NCBI GenBank assembly: GCA_048013815.1 | Contig: CM106585.1 | Location: forward strand, 8,494,001 to 8,558,000 | Source of the DNA: Setoptus koraiensis | Taxonomy: Eukaryota; Animalia; Arthropoda | Reading direction: 5' to 3' | DNA: 64,000 bases | Shown here: one piece after another, positions 48,718-61,700 of the stretch | How the letters are laid out: each line of letters begins with the position of its first letter | How positions within the stretch are numbered: the first letter of the stretch is position 1 | Program-made: the position numbers and the translations under genes | Notes under the pieces: generated by a model | The model's input: only the letters and a program-made list of their open reading frames with translations | What the model was told of the DNA's origin: nothing | Databases searched by the model: none

Positions 48718-49204
48718 ATGCCAGAAGAAAAAAACCGAGACAGCAACGAGGAGGAATACGACGAGCAAGACGAGAATAAACCCAAGGAAAAGAAACAGGC
48801 CAAACACGATTCGGGCTTGGCAGACCTAGAAAAAGTCACCGACTACGCCGAGGAGACAGAAATTGGCTCCGTCAACGATCTATCTGCCGTAAGTTTTTCA
48901 TATCTTATCATCAGCTGTCTTTTCATCACTACTGCTGTTTGTCGATAACATCCATATATCTAATTAACGGTTCTATCATCATATTGTTATCTTACACTAG
49001 GCCATTCACCTTATTGGAGAACAAAGAAGTAAAGAGGACACTGAAAGACTAGCGAGAGAAAAAGAATTGGCAAAGATAGTTGTTACTAAGGAAGATATTG
49101 AATTGTTAATGAACGAATTAGATATAAACAGGCAACAAGCTGAGTTGTCTCTTAGACAGAATCAAGGCGATGTTGTCAAGGCACTGATCGCTCTCACTGA
49201 CTAG
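48718..49204 (+). CDS. HYPK: Huntingtin-interacting protein K (NatA-associated chaperone), 124 aa, 2 exons
   Basis: Exons 48718-48888 and 49001-49204. Motifs HDSGLADLEKVTDYAEE and UBA-like EKELAKIVVTKEDIELLMNELDI...AELSLRQNQGDVVKALIALT. Confidence 0.93.
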
Positions 49205-49301
49205 ATCCACGAAGCAATGATGAACTCGATTGGCGTTGTAAATAATTTTCTCTATATTTGTATACATGAAACATTATGATAATAATTATTTAGTTATTAC
49301 A

Positions 49302-50311
49302 TTAGTCTACTAACGATTGCATCTTCTCAACAAAATTAATATCCCTCAACAATTCAAATGTGGCAAAACTAACACCAGAAGATATTGGCCCCTTGATCCA
49401 ATTCAAACTCAAACCCTTGAACCATCTATTCTTGAAACCACTCTTGTCGAGGCGGATCTTTTGGATTGTCTCTCGCATAGACATTTTATGAGGACTGGTC
49501 TGCATGCGACGCCTTATGATATCTAATGGGTATGATGCAGACTGGCCAACTAAACCGGCTAATCCACCAAAAGCGAGTCTCATCGATCCGTGAGGCTCAT
49601 TTTTGCCAGTAATTTCATAGTGATACCGCTTAGCGGTCTCATAAGTTAAGAATGTAAAACCGGCATAGGGGACAATTCCCATCATTGAGGGTAGACAGCC
49701 CCTATATAGGGCTGCCCAGCCATCGTTTTTGACAATCATTTTAAAAACATCAGTTAATCTAATCTTATCACTAACAGAAACTGCCATCCTGGCGCGGGCT
49801 AGATCTAACGGATAAACACATATGGAAGAGAATAAACCCGCTAATGATCCAGCACAGAAGCTTCGTTTAAGGTGCTTTCTCCTAAGATGAAAGTTGATTG
49901 TTATATACATTATATATAAATATAGGATGAAAGCGGTTAGAAAGAGACATATGTATATATAGAGAGATTGAAAGGAAGAGAGTGTGCGAAGATAACAGTG
50001 TATGTGAGCTTGTGAACGGGCACTTACTTTTTTTCATTTGTGTCAACATTGAGGAGTTTTTTAAACTGCTCATGACTTGAATATTGAATACCGGCATAGG
50101 GAAATATTCGACACATGGTGGCGGAGTTTCCTCGCCACAAGGCAGTGAATCCATGATTCTTGTAGGTGTCTGTAAGATATTTCAGAGCTTCCCTGAAGGA
50201 AAATTGAGCATCTCTGATTTGAAAGTTAATCTTTGTTCTGTCCAATGGAGCAATAACGGTCTTGGCCGCGCCGCCTGCCAGGCCGCCAGATAGCAAATCG
50301 TTGATAATCAT
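49302..50311 (-). CDS. SLC25A42: Mitochondrial carrier, CoA transporter SLC25A42-like, 287 aa, 2 exons
   Basis: Exons 50028-50311 and 49302-49881 (phase-2 GT-AG intron). Three carrier signatures PLDRTK, PLDLAR, PLDIIR; LWRGNSATMCRIFPYA; FKGLSLNWIKGP. Confidence 0.85.
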
Positions 50312-53300
50312 GATGAAATATTGAGCTTGTTATAATTGAATAGTTTATTGTGTCTACAAAACAGTAACCTGGCCTAATAGTATTGGTTGGGTGGTGGCAA
50401 TCGGGTTGCGGAACGTGGATCATAATTGGTATTTCATTACAAAACTGTATTTGTATCGGACTGAATCTGTGTATTAGATTGGTGGCCACAAGACAAGCTG
50501 CACAATGCTGTGTTTTCCGTTGTTTACGTAAATGAAACGCTAGATGTGTTAGAAATAGATTAAATATGCAATAGTAGTCATTTGTGATTGCCAATAGGAT
50601 AATGCTGCTATTCTCGAGTTAGTTAATAGTAATGATAATATTTATTCGTTATAAATCCGCACTATTCAGGCACAATGCTGGCGATGAATGATGAATGTGG
50701 GTGATAAATTATTTTGTTTGTCACCTGAGACATGGGTTGCGTATGATCCTAAATCTAAAGGGCGATTGTGAGCTAATGGTGCGGCGCGGAGATAGTTTTG
50801 TTATTGTTATGGTTGCTGTGATTGTCGTTGTGGAATTGGCGAAGGTCTACAGGGGTTCACAAGAACAAATGGATCTTGTCGCAATGTCATTTCAATAACG
50901 ATAGGATGATCTAATTATAACACATTCGTTGATAAACAAACAACACATTTGTTTGATCATCATTGTGCGATTGTGCGAGGCTAAATTTTAAAATCAACGA
51001 CACTGTCGTTGCTGCTTATCCTGATACATACCGAAACTAACACACAAATAAATAGACAAAAAGACGGCAGCCACAACAACAACAACAGCAACACGATATG
51101 GCTGCCTAGGTGCGTTGTTGGCGTCAAGGTTAACTACTTTCGTTTGTGTGGATGGCATGCTTCACGCACATTCACGAGTGAATGTTCGTGCATGAACATA
51201 ACAGCCTAGATTGGCCCAATTAATGCAGTACCTCATTAAAAACGAAGATGAACTCTGACTTGTCAAATTCATCATGGATATCTGGCCAGTGTTTGCATCA
51301 TGTTTACATTTCGTGCACTTTCTCTCCAAAATGATTACACGCCTTCACACCAAATCCGCTAGGGCCACGCTTCATGGCGAGCCTCGTGTGACAGCCGCCC
51401 TGGCGGATTTTCATCGAACTACGCAGCAACAATAACAACTTGCGACAGCAAAACATTTTCTTGTTGTTGTTGTTGTTGTTGTTGTTGTTTTTATTTTACT
51501 AATAATAATAATATATTATTAATTAAAGTTTGCCAAAATTAATTTATCACTGATAACGATAATAGCGATTTAATGATATTATATTGTAGAGTTATTGTTT
51601 CCGACGGCAACATCGCACATGAGCCATGACACGTCAGAGGAAAAGGAACAGGAGAAGGAGGTTTATCTGCACGTCATAGGAGCCCGTCACTGCTGATGAA
51701 CATGACGAGCAAACAAAGGGTTATAGAGAATCTCTGACGAGATAGTGATTGAGTACAGATAGCAATTTAGATCATCGACTTGTTGTTGGAATGCCTGATG
51801 ACCTAACAACGGTTTTTAAAAACATTCAATAACAACTCTTCTGCAATTGAGACACACATTGTATCACAACATACACAGAGGTAGACAGTGGCAATTGGAC
51901 AGATCTATATTATTATGCTTCTAAATTAATAGATTCACTGACATTGCTGCCAACTCAATGGCATTCATTTCTATGTAGAGTGCTAATGGAATCAGGTAGC
52001 CTCGAACAACTGTAGAATCATCTATCATCTAGAACCTTAATATTGTTGCGAACTGCACGATAGTCAATTTGTGGTCTCGTTTATGTCTCCAACTCCACAC
52101 TTCGGGTATTATCTTTGAAGAGATGCACGGCCTGATTGATCATAATCAAATTAAACATCTATCCATAACCATTCATAACATACTATACTGGCCCTATGAT
52201 TAACCATATTGATTACCACTACTTCACATAGCCTGTATCATGAGTAGTCGATACAGTTTTATCAAACTGAAGATATACTCCTAGAAGGACTTTTAGAGAG
52301 ATAATGGCTTTAATCAATCAGTATATACTGATACAACAACATTAACTCAAAATTAATTAAGTCTATTATGGGCATGAATGAGTACGAAAACAGAATTGCC
52401 ATGATGTTTGACGAAGATACTCTCTATATCTCCATCATTGTTGGTTGATTATAATGAATTCCAACCCTTTTTAGATCGCAACTTTTACTGCAGAACCGTC
52501 AATATTGGTCACATTGGTGTACACTGATACATTGATTCGTTTCAACCTGCCTTATCAACGCGTATCATCTTTCAATATAAATATATATCAATATAAAGAG
52601 AGCGAGATATATACAGAAAATATATACAGAAATGAAATGCTCACTACCACATTGCAACAATGATAAATATACACACTTATTTATATCTACATTTGATAGA
52701 GACTAACAAGTCTAACAAACAGAGTGCATTTAATTTTGGTCCCGATAAAAAAGTTGAAGTTGCTCATTGAATGGCAAGACCAACGCATGACATGTTTATC
52801 AAGATGTCCAATATATACACGTTGGCATATCACGTTGAGTTTGGCATTAATAGTGATCTAACAACAATGGGCTCTCGTTAAATATCTATTTTGAATTAAT
52901 ACAACTTTTTTTTTGCAGCGATCTCATTTGCCTAGGGTCTCTACCTACAATAGAGCGCCAATGACGCAAGCAACCTGTTGGTGGAGGCCACTACCATTGA
53001 ATGCAGTCTATAGACATTACTCGGCTTTCTTTTTTGTTTATTTATTTTCTATTGTCAATCTATTATGCATTTCTTCAAAAGTTTGTTAGGCCATATTTAC
53101 TCTGGTCGCATTCGACTTCATCTTTGGCGAGATTGGAATCCAATATCACAATGTTGTCAATATTTACAAATTATCTTTCAGGTTGATGACCAACAAGCAA
53201 CTGAATGATCGTATTGGTTGTATTTCATCAAAGAGACGACAAAAACTAAACAGGAACCCCGGACGGACAGCATGCTGTCTCTTCTTGGTATTACTTGCAG

Positions 53301-54348
53301 ATTTACAGGTGCAGATCTGAGGAGAGGCAAAAAGGCAGAGAAAGGAAGAGTTGAGATTTCTTGCGAGCTGTGAGGAATAGAATTATTGAGCCTAATGGAA
53401 ACGATTTGCCCTTTGTTAAGCAGGCAGTTTTTGTTACTTTTGTTCGGTAGAGTTGAAAAGTTGTTGCCGATTATGTAATATTTGTATAGTCTACCACAAG
53501 TTGAGCTTATGCGTGTGAGTGCATGCGAGCTTTACTATTACTATTACTATTATTTTATTGTGTGTGGGGTTATCTTATCTGTAAATTATATGAGGAGATT
53601 ATTGCTAGAGTGTGATTTAGCCTAAATATACGAGCGACAATGTGACAACGATTTTAGTTTTGTCTCTGTATTTTTGTATCTAGATCTTTCGCAGCATTTC
53701 CAGAATGAGCCAGGTCCTTCACATGTAACTGAGGTATTTTATTTTGTCGCTGTGTGCCAGCTATCCGATCTTCAGAGATCTTTGTGAATGGACACGAGAC
53801 TCCTAATTAACAGTTGTAATGTGAAAAGATGCATAATTCAGTGATGGTAAATGAGTCAGACAGGTATTGTCGTTGCAAGCCGAATTCATGAATTAGAACA
53901 TAGATTTCGTCGCAACCAGTAGACTCGCTTGGCATCGAATAACATTTGATTGTGCAACGCCCATGTGAGCTCGATGTCCGGCCGCCCTAGCAGATGAACA
54001 TATTCTGGTGCAGACGATGGTCCGATTAGTTGTGGTTTCAGCGTGATCATTGGGCGCCGAATCAGTAAACTTAATTAGACAGGACCAGAGCGGCTATTGT
54101 TTGTCATTAGACGTCACTATGGATGAATAACTAGAGAGAGAGAGAGAGTTATTTTTGCTATGTCTTTGTTATTGATTGAGTATAACAACAACTAGTGACT
54201 GTGAGGATGGGAGTAAGTAGCATGGCAAGATAGAGTAGTTTGCAATGTGGCAATGTTTGTTAACTAGTTAGTTTTGTTGTTGATACTCTCGTCTATCTTT
54301 TTGTCTATCTGTCGGCTGATTTATAGCTAGCATAAGTTAGATATTGTA

Positions 54349-54352
<4 letters not shown>

Positions 54353-54403
<51 letters not shown>

Positions 54404-54407
54404 ATAT
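54353..54407. repeat. (AT)n microsatellite
   Basis: (AT)20 followed by an interrupted TA run. Confidence 0.9.
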
Positions 54408-55348
54408 TAGTACATATGATATAATATATATATATATAAATATATTGTAGTCATACTAGTTGCCACCATCAATAATAAAATCACAGCAGCAGCAACAATA
54501 AAATAATAAAAGCAGCTTCTGCACGTACTTATACTCTATGTTTCCCCTATGAATGATAAAATTATAAACACCTCCAGGGGAAACGTTAGGTGAAAACACG
54601 AGTCGTAAGGGGAAGATATGGAGATCGTTAGCTTATTTGTAGCAACAAACTCAATCGAGAAGGATCTGTGTGTCTCTCGCTAGCATTGTATATGGTTAAT
54701 AATAAACAATAACTATTGACTTGATAGGACGGCGACGATGATTTCATATTTTGCCAAAAATGAGCCCTATCTATCTTTGAGCTCTTTGTTTCACTCTCCA
54801 ATTGGTCGCATAGGCGGATATTCTTTTATTGGTTGTTGTTGAAATGTGCCAATAATTGTTAATAATTGTTGGATGGATCATGCTCTCCTAGATGAATACA
54901 TATATAATCTTTAGAGGCTTACATGTTGCGACTCACACTCGAACACGCACTTGAATGATGAGAATAGAGACCAAGACCAGAAATAATATAATAATATCAA
55001 TAATAATAATAGTAGCAAAAGAATAATATCATTAATCTCTGCTGCCTCACTATATATAGGAGCGGTCCTCGAATAATAAATAGTCAAATAGAGATTTGCA
55101 TTTGAGCAGCATAGAATTGGCGCCTCCTCGCTTAATACAAATAAACAGTTTAGCGAATATAAACAATTTGTAATAATTCGTAGTAATAACTTATAAGCAC
55201 GTAGTAAGTTTATTGAATAATTGAATTGAGTAAATTACGTTACATAACAGCCAAGTTATATAGTAGTTATTAGTCATCAGCCTATACTAACAGTCATTAT
55301 TTGGATATAGATAGATAGAGAGAGAGAGAGAGAGAGTATATAGGAGCA

Positions 55349-57320
55349 ATGTCGTCGTCGCCTCTATCAAATAATAACAAAAAATCGGAAATAACACCAT
55401 CAATGCAACAACAACAACTAGAGCAACCCCATCCTCACATAATGATAGACGACGCATTACCTAATTGCAACGATGGTGATAATTGCAGCAGTGATAAAAC
55501 GACAACAACAATATCTAATGGTCTAAGCGCTATTCTAGCTGACAAATCAATTGGTCGTGGCCCTAGTAGTGCGAGCAGTACTAGTGGATACGATGATAGC
55601 AGTGATGGAGAGGATAACCATCTTATTAACCATACCCACCAACACCACAGCCATAGCCGTCATCATCATCACGATGCATTCAATAGACAACAACAATTAG
55701 CATCGACAAAAGTTAATGTAGCTGATAATATTGATAGTATTCGCAACAACAGCAGTAATAACAATATCAATAAATGTAGTATCAGTAATTTAGTTAGAGA
55801 TATGCATCTCGATGAAGTAGTAGGGATATGCGAGCGCGACCCTCACGAACTCATCATACAGACTCAACCAAAAGCCAATTTAGTTTGTAACAGTCGACAG
55901 TTAAATAATTGCAACAATGACAATTATTTGCCAACAGCGCAACAACATCAACAACTTGTTGATGATGTTGTTAATCAAGTATTGCGACGATGCCAGCAGG
56001 ACAATCAATTAGTGGCGCAGCGTGTACAAGTTGGACCAATTGGATTATCTACCTTTCCCATTGATGATTTTGATTGTTTTGACGAATCATACAAATACAG
56101 CGATGGCGAGAAACAATTGCGAATTAAAATGTGCGCCGTATACAGACTCATAGAGATCTACGGCTGGTCCATGGGCATCTACAATCACGTAACAGTAAGT
56201 TTATTGGACAATTTGTCATGATAATTATCTTGCTAGCGTATATACATCACACACAAACTAATCCATGGCGACTCGCATTTCCGTTGTTCAATTTAATCGC
56301 ATTCATATTTTATTAATCATAGGCCAAGGTGGAGGGCGATCATGAGCACTTGCTCATCCATCCGTTTGGCTTGCATTACAACGAAATAACCGCCTCATCT
56401 ATGCTCAAGATCGACTTGGCGGGCAACATTGTCGACAACGGATCCACCAATTTTGAGCTCAATAGGTAAGCCTGCTAATCGACCACAACAAACCTCGTGC
56501 GCTACCGATACATCTAATTGACAATCAAATCTAAGTAACTATGAATCTAAAATTCGTTCGTTCATCAATCAAGGCCGGGCTATCTCGTCCATTCGGCCAT
56601 TCACATGACAAGACCGGACATTGGTGCTGTCATTCATTTGCATTATCCACCGGTTGCCGCGGCATCGGCATTCAAGTATGGCCTATTGCCCATTTGTCAG
56701 GAGCAGGCTCTATTAGGTGAGGTGCGTTACTTGGATTACACTGGCATCCTCACTGACGAAGACGAACGCGAGGCCGTGGCCTCAGGATTAGGCGACACTT
56801 GCAAGGTGATGATATTGCGCAATCATGGTTTAATAGTGTGTGGCGCAACCATTGAGGAGGCCTTTTATTTGTTGAGCAATCTGATGAAGGCTTGCGAAAC
56901 TCAAGCTCGCCTAATGGCATTGGGTGGCATGGAAAATCTTGTATTTATGTCACCTGAGGCGGCACAGCAAGCATACGAACTTGTTCAGAGTTCCCGATAT
57001 CCAGGTAAGAACGAATGGAGCATTTGAGTGTCGGAGTTGGAATAATTTTCATTTCAGGCTATTATACCAATCCATTATCGATTATTTTGATATTTATGCT
57101 AATCACATTATGTGAATTTTGTGTTTTTGTTATCACATATATAGTCAAGGTGCAAAAAAGTGATAAGAAACATGCCCAGATAGTTGGACATATCAACATG
57201 TTTGAATTAGATTTTGAGGCTCAAATGAGATCTTTGGATCACGCTGGCCACCGCACCGGCTACCATTATAAGAGACCATTGGTACGCAAGACGAGGCCGC
57301 TAAACAACAAAAGATGGTAG
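55349..57320 (+). CDS. hts: Adducin (hts-like): class II aldolase-like head plus start of neck, 531 aa predicted, 4 exons
   Basis: Exons 55349-56194, 56323-56465, 56574-57004, 57145-57320. Motifs LRIKMCAVYRLIEIYGWSMGIYNHVT, HPFGLHYNEITASS, HSAIH, ILRNHG, FEAQMRSLDHAGHRTGY. The 3' end is uncertain. Confidence 0.85.
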
Positions 57321-58211
57321 GTTCATTCAATTGAGGTCCCAAAAGATGACGCAATCAATTTATTGATAGTAATTAATTGATGAAAGTAGCCTGTGATCTA
57401 AACAATAACACTGAGATGACCATAATTCATCATCATCATGATATCATCAAACAAACAAACAACTCAAACATATACGTCGCTATCAGCAATCTTATAGTCA
57501 GTTTATATTATAGCCACAGTATCTACATAATACTGGTAGTAATAATGCCGAAAATGAGCAAAACAATTCTCTAACCTGTATTTGTTATCTTCTCACAATA
57601 ACTAACTAAACTTATCAATGTTTCGTAATGTAACTTATAGGATAAATTAAACATAAATAAACTGATCTAAATTAATCTATGCCGGGTGAATAATTAATCC
57701 GTCTGGGCTATTCAATCATAGTCGAGCAGGTCAGATTTTCGCTGATTTTCGCGAGCCAGATCACATCTCATTAGTTGATTAGTAGGGTCAACCAATGATG
57801 CAACATAAATACCATAGAAGAGTTCTTGAATTTATTGGGAAATGAAGCTCCAAAATGCATGATTGACATCTAGTTGAAACGAGATACCGGAGAATCCACA
57901 AAACATGCCCTATCTATTTATGTTTATGACGAAAATGTACAAAATTACTACAGTTTTCGATCCCAGTTTTTCCATCATGAACTTAAACTGTACATTGAGC
58001 TATCAATTGACCGTGACGAGCACACTGTTTTGATCTATAAATAAATAGTTTCGATTTGGATAGAAGCTCGGTCGAAGGTAGATTTAAGCAGCCTTTTGAA
58101 CGGACATTCGTATATTTCATTATTTTGAATTCATTCGAGAGCTCTCTAAAACACAAAACAAACTATTAAAATTTTGAATAAAATTCAAAGTGATTAATTG
58201 GTGCTTCGAGA

Positions 58212-58706
58212 ATGGCTACTCACTGGATATTTCCGCTGGCTATGTGTGTTATCATTTTTCAAGGATTGGTCGATGCGGAGCCATACAAATTTGATGAGCT
58301 GGTAGAAAAAGGCTTGGTCAATGTTCTTTCGCATGACGATGTCCCTTCGCACCAGTCAGAATATGCAAAAGATGATAGACTTAAATATGACTATGATTTC
58401 GGTCTGTCGCCTGACGACAAAATTGAATTGGATGATGATATCACTAATAAATTTATTAAAAGCGTAATTTCTTGCTACAGAAAGAGAATCAGAGATGTAA
58501 GAATGCGGCAAAGAGAAGCATTTATGGAGCTAGCGGATGAAAAGAAAAAGAAAAATCTGAAAGCACATGTCGAATTGCGGCTGGAGATTGAGAAAGGGGA
58601 CCTTTTGATCGCCTCGTATTATCACAAGTGTGAATCAGTGAAAAACGGCGGTGGTTACGATACGTTTATGAGGGAAGATGGTGGTGAGACGAAAATATAT
58701 CATTAA
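58212..58706 (+). CDS. Small uncharacterised secreted-type protein, 164 aa
   Basis: Signal-peptide-like N-terminus MATHWIFPLAMCVIIFQGLVDA, an acidic middle and a basic helix with two Cys; intronless; no family recognised. Confidence 0.65.
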   Translation: MATHWIFPLAMCVIIFQGLVDAEPYKFDELVEKGLVNVLSHDDVPSHQSEYAKDDRLKYDYDFGLSPDDKIELDDDITNKFIKSVISCYRKRIRDVRMRQREAFMELADEKKKKNLKAHVELRLEIEKGDLLIASYYHKCESVKNGGGYDTFMREDGGETKIYH

Positions 58707-61700
58707 GAGCAAGTGAAGTGGACTCGTCTTACCTGTTTCATGCTATAATGTTAATGTTTGCAATGACTCAAATAACCAGTCTGATTGTCAATCAGTTAGA
58801 TTAATGGCGAGCAACCAATAAAATTAATTAATTGAAATTGGTTAGCGCAACTTATTAGTGGCGCATCAGTAGCGAATAGTGAGCACCAACAGGATTAACA
58901 AGTAGACTCTCTCGGGTATCACCCTGGGAAAAAAATTGATTGTACGAGAAAACTGTTCCAACAAAAGTGTCCAATTTTGATATTACAGCTAACAGAATAC
59001 AACTCTACAATTATACATCGCAAGGGAGATTGTTTTCACTTCCTGTTCGAGATCACCAATTCATTTCGTGCACGTTATTCGTTGCTATCGGAATGTTGGT
59101 CTAGACGATGCTCGAGGCGAAATGTTCGAGTTATATGGTGTGCAATCTGGCATGCTCCATGTCTCTATTGTGGACGATCTTGGACGATTCTGGGCTGGAT
59201 TAAATGGGCTAAATGTCGCGCCATCACGAGTGGACCTCAAACTGCCAGAAAAACTCACAAGCAAACAACATTATCTTTACTGGCCTCATTAGCATGACAT
59301 TGTGAACCCAATTTTAATGATAAACCAATTTCGGTTGCCGCGATAGCCCAAATATTGAGAATAAACTGGAATGAACAAATTCACTGAGCAACTTACGATT
59401 ATCAGTATCATATTATCAGTGTGACTTGGACTGGGCAATTCAAGTGAAATTTGCGATTAATTTGCATCTCATGTCATGACATTACGTAACATATGCATAC
59501 ATGGGCTCTGTTTGGGGGAATATTTTCGGTCATTGCAATCGGACACAAGCTTGTGTGCTGGCACTGACCTTGTGTCCGATTGGATCTGTCGCCAATATGG
59601 CACCGTTATATCAATATAAAGAGAGAGAGCTCATTATAAATGCACCCGCCTCTAATAACCGGTCAATTAGTATGTTCGTAGAGGGGCCCCTCAGTCTAAT
59701 TTGATAGGAGCTCAATCTATTTTTGTTTTTGTCTCATGGGGTCGCATGGGGGGGGGGGGGCAACTCACCTGTGTCTAAGTCTATAGTTGCCAATATAGTT
59801 TGCGAGGATGTGCAAGTGTCCTAAGACGGGCATCGCCATTGATAGGGACGTTGGCGCACGCAGTGCACATTGGTGGCGCATGTGCAATACATGGGGCCCG
59901 CGTTACTGAGGCCCGTGGTACCTAGCGCCACTTTTTCGCTGGCTGGGCGCTTTTTGTGCGAGTCAGTCGCAAACTGTGCACTGGCCAGAAGGTTGTAGCC
60001 ACGAATTACTATTGCACGAATTCATTCATTTTTTGCCTGTTCGTTTGCTAGCAGTAACAGTGAGCCAAATGATGGTAAACACAAATTAATTAACAACCAA
60101 CCCAAAAGATAAAAATAAAAGTTTAGAGCAGCCTCAAACAACAACTAGTCGCCCATTGTAGTCACCACAAGTCACCTGTTCGCTTGAGTTGAGGCCAACT
60201 TGCGAGCTTCGAACCGGCAGTGATGGTCGCTCAAAACTCTACAATATATCGCTGCAACATTTATTAATAAATCACCATTTATTAATCATTAATTTATCAC
60301 CATCCATTATCCATTGGCACTAACAATGGCTCTAATTATGTGAACGATGAGTGTGAACCGTGATGGTATTTGCATCATTTCAAGTCAAGTGGGTACAATA
60401 GTCAACTCGTGACAATATCTCGTCAAGAGCGCAATTTGGCCAACCGGCAGAATAACGAATAAGACCGAATAAGAAGTAGATTTGCGCAAACATATATGGC
60501 AATTTATGACAAGAACACAAATACAATACACAATTATAAATATATAAATAGATATAAACATAGTTATCGCCCACTGAACAAAATGAACATTACCAGCAAA
60601 ATAGCGCAGCGTCTTTTGATAATTATCAGGTAAGTCGTGTATGCGACCAGCATTGCCGAGAATTAATTAATCGCCAGCTTCATTAGCGACAAGCTAACAT
60701 GAATAAAATAGAAATATATAGACGCTTTGATTAAGTTGCCAGAGTAGCAATTGATCGTGGTGGCCCCGTGCGAACGAGCCATTATATACGAGCTCGAATT
60801 AATGGCAACACTCACCAGTCTAGCGCCCAGTTCAATGGAAACGCAATGGGCCCAAGTCGGCAAGCAACCACTTAAATCTTGTTCGCCAGCATTGTGAACA
60901 AATGTGGCGCTCGATCTGTTTGGGGCCCCAACTTTGGGCTGTTGGGTCCATTTTTTTTTTTTTGCTGGCATGTTGATATAACCGCATCGCTCGACATGGC
61001 GCGCACATAAACTCAAACATCGACGAGACTCGAACACCACAGACGAGACGAGATAATTCGAGATAGGCGGCGGTTTGTTTATGCGAACAACAGCGCACAC
61101 ATAGTTGGCACAAAGAATGCTTGAGGATAAAAAATCGATTACGTAATCGGCACATGATGATATATCATCTAGGTCTAGATTTTAGGATGGGCCCCATTGC
61201 AGCGCCACACACACAAGGGCAGGCGAGCAGTCTAGCGACAGTCTGGCTCGAGTCTCAACAGTCTGTTACGAGTCTCAGCAGTCTGCCACGAGTCTCAGCA
61301 GTCTGACGCAAGCCTCAACAGTGTGTGGCAACAGATAAACAGAAAATGTATGGATAATTGCTGAGGATTATGCTAAGTGTGCGTGCCCGCATCCGCACAA
61401 AATTGTTGTCGGCTGGCTGCGATAGAGCGAGTGAGCGCCACGCCAGACAGAACTGTGTCGACACTGGCCCAATTGCGAGGCCCCGAAAAGAGGTTTGCGC
61501 AAAGGGGCTCCCGCAAGCGCACAGTTGGGCGAATTCTTTTGAGCAAATTGTTGTCGGTGGTGGCTGTGTGAGGGGCCCCAACAGGACTTGACAATTGGGC
61601 GGGCTGGCCGCCCGTCGGTGTGTCGTGTCGTGCACTGGCGACAATCGACCATCGACCATCGAGAGCCGTGTCACATTTATACAACATTGGGGCCGAGCGG

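Noticed and set aside
58977-59297. Overlapping 74- and 106-aa ORFs
   Set aside because: Non-ATG starts, no motif, no splice context linking them to adducin or the 164-aa gene.
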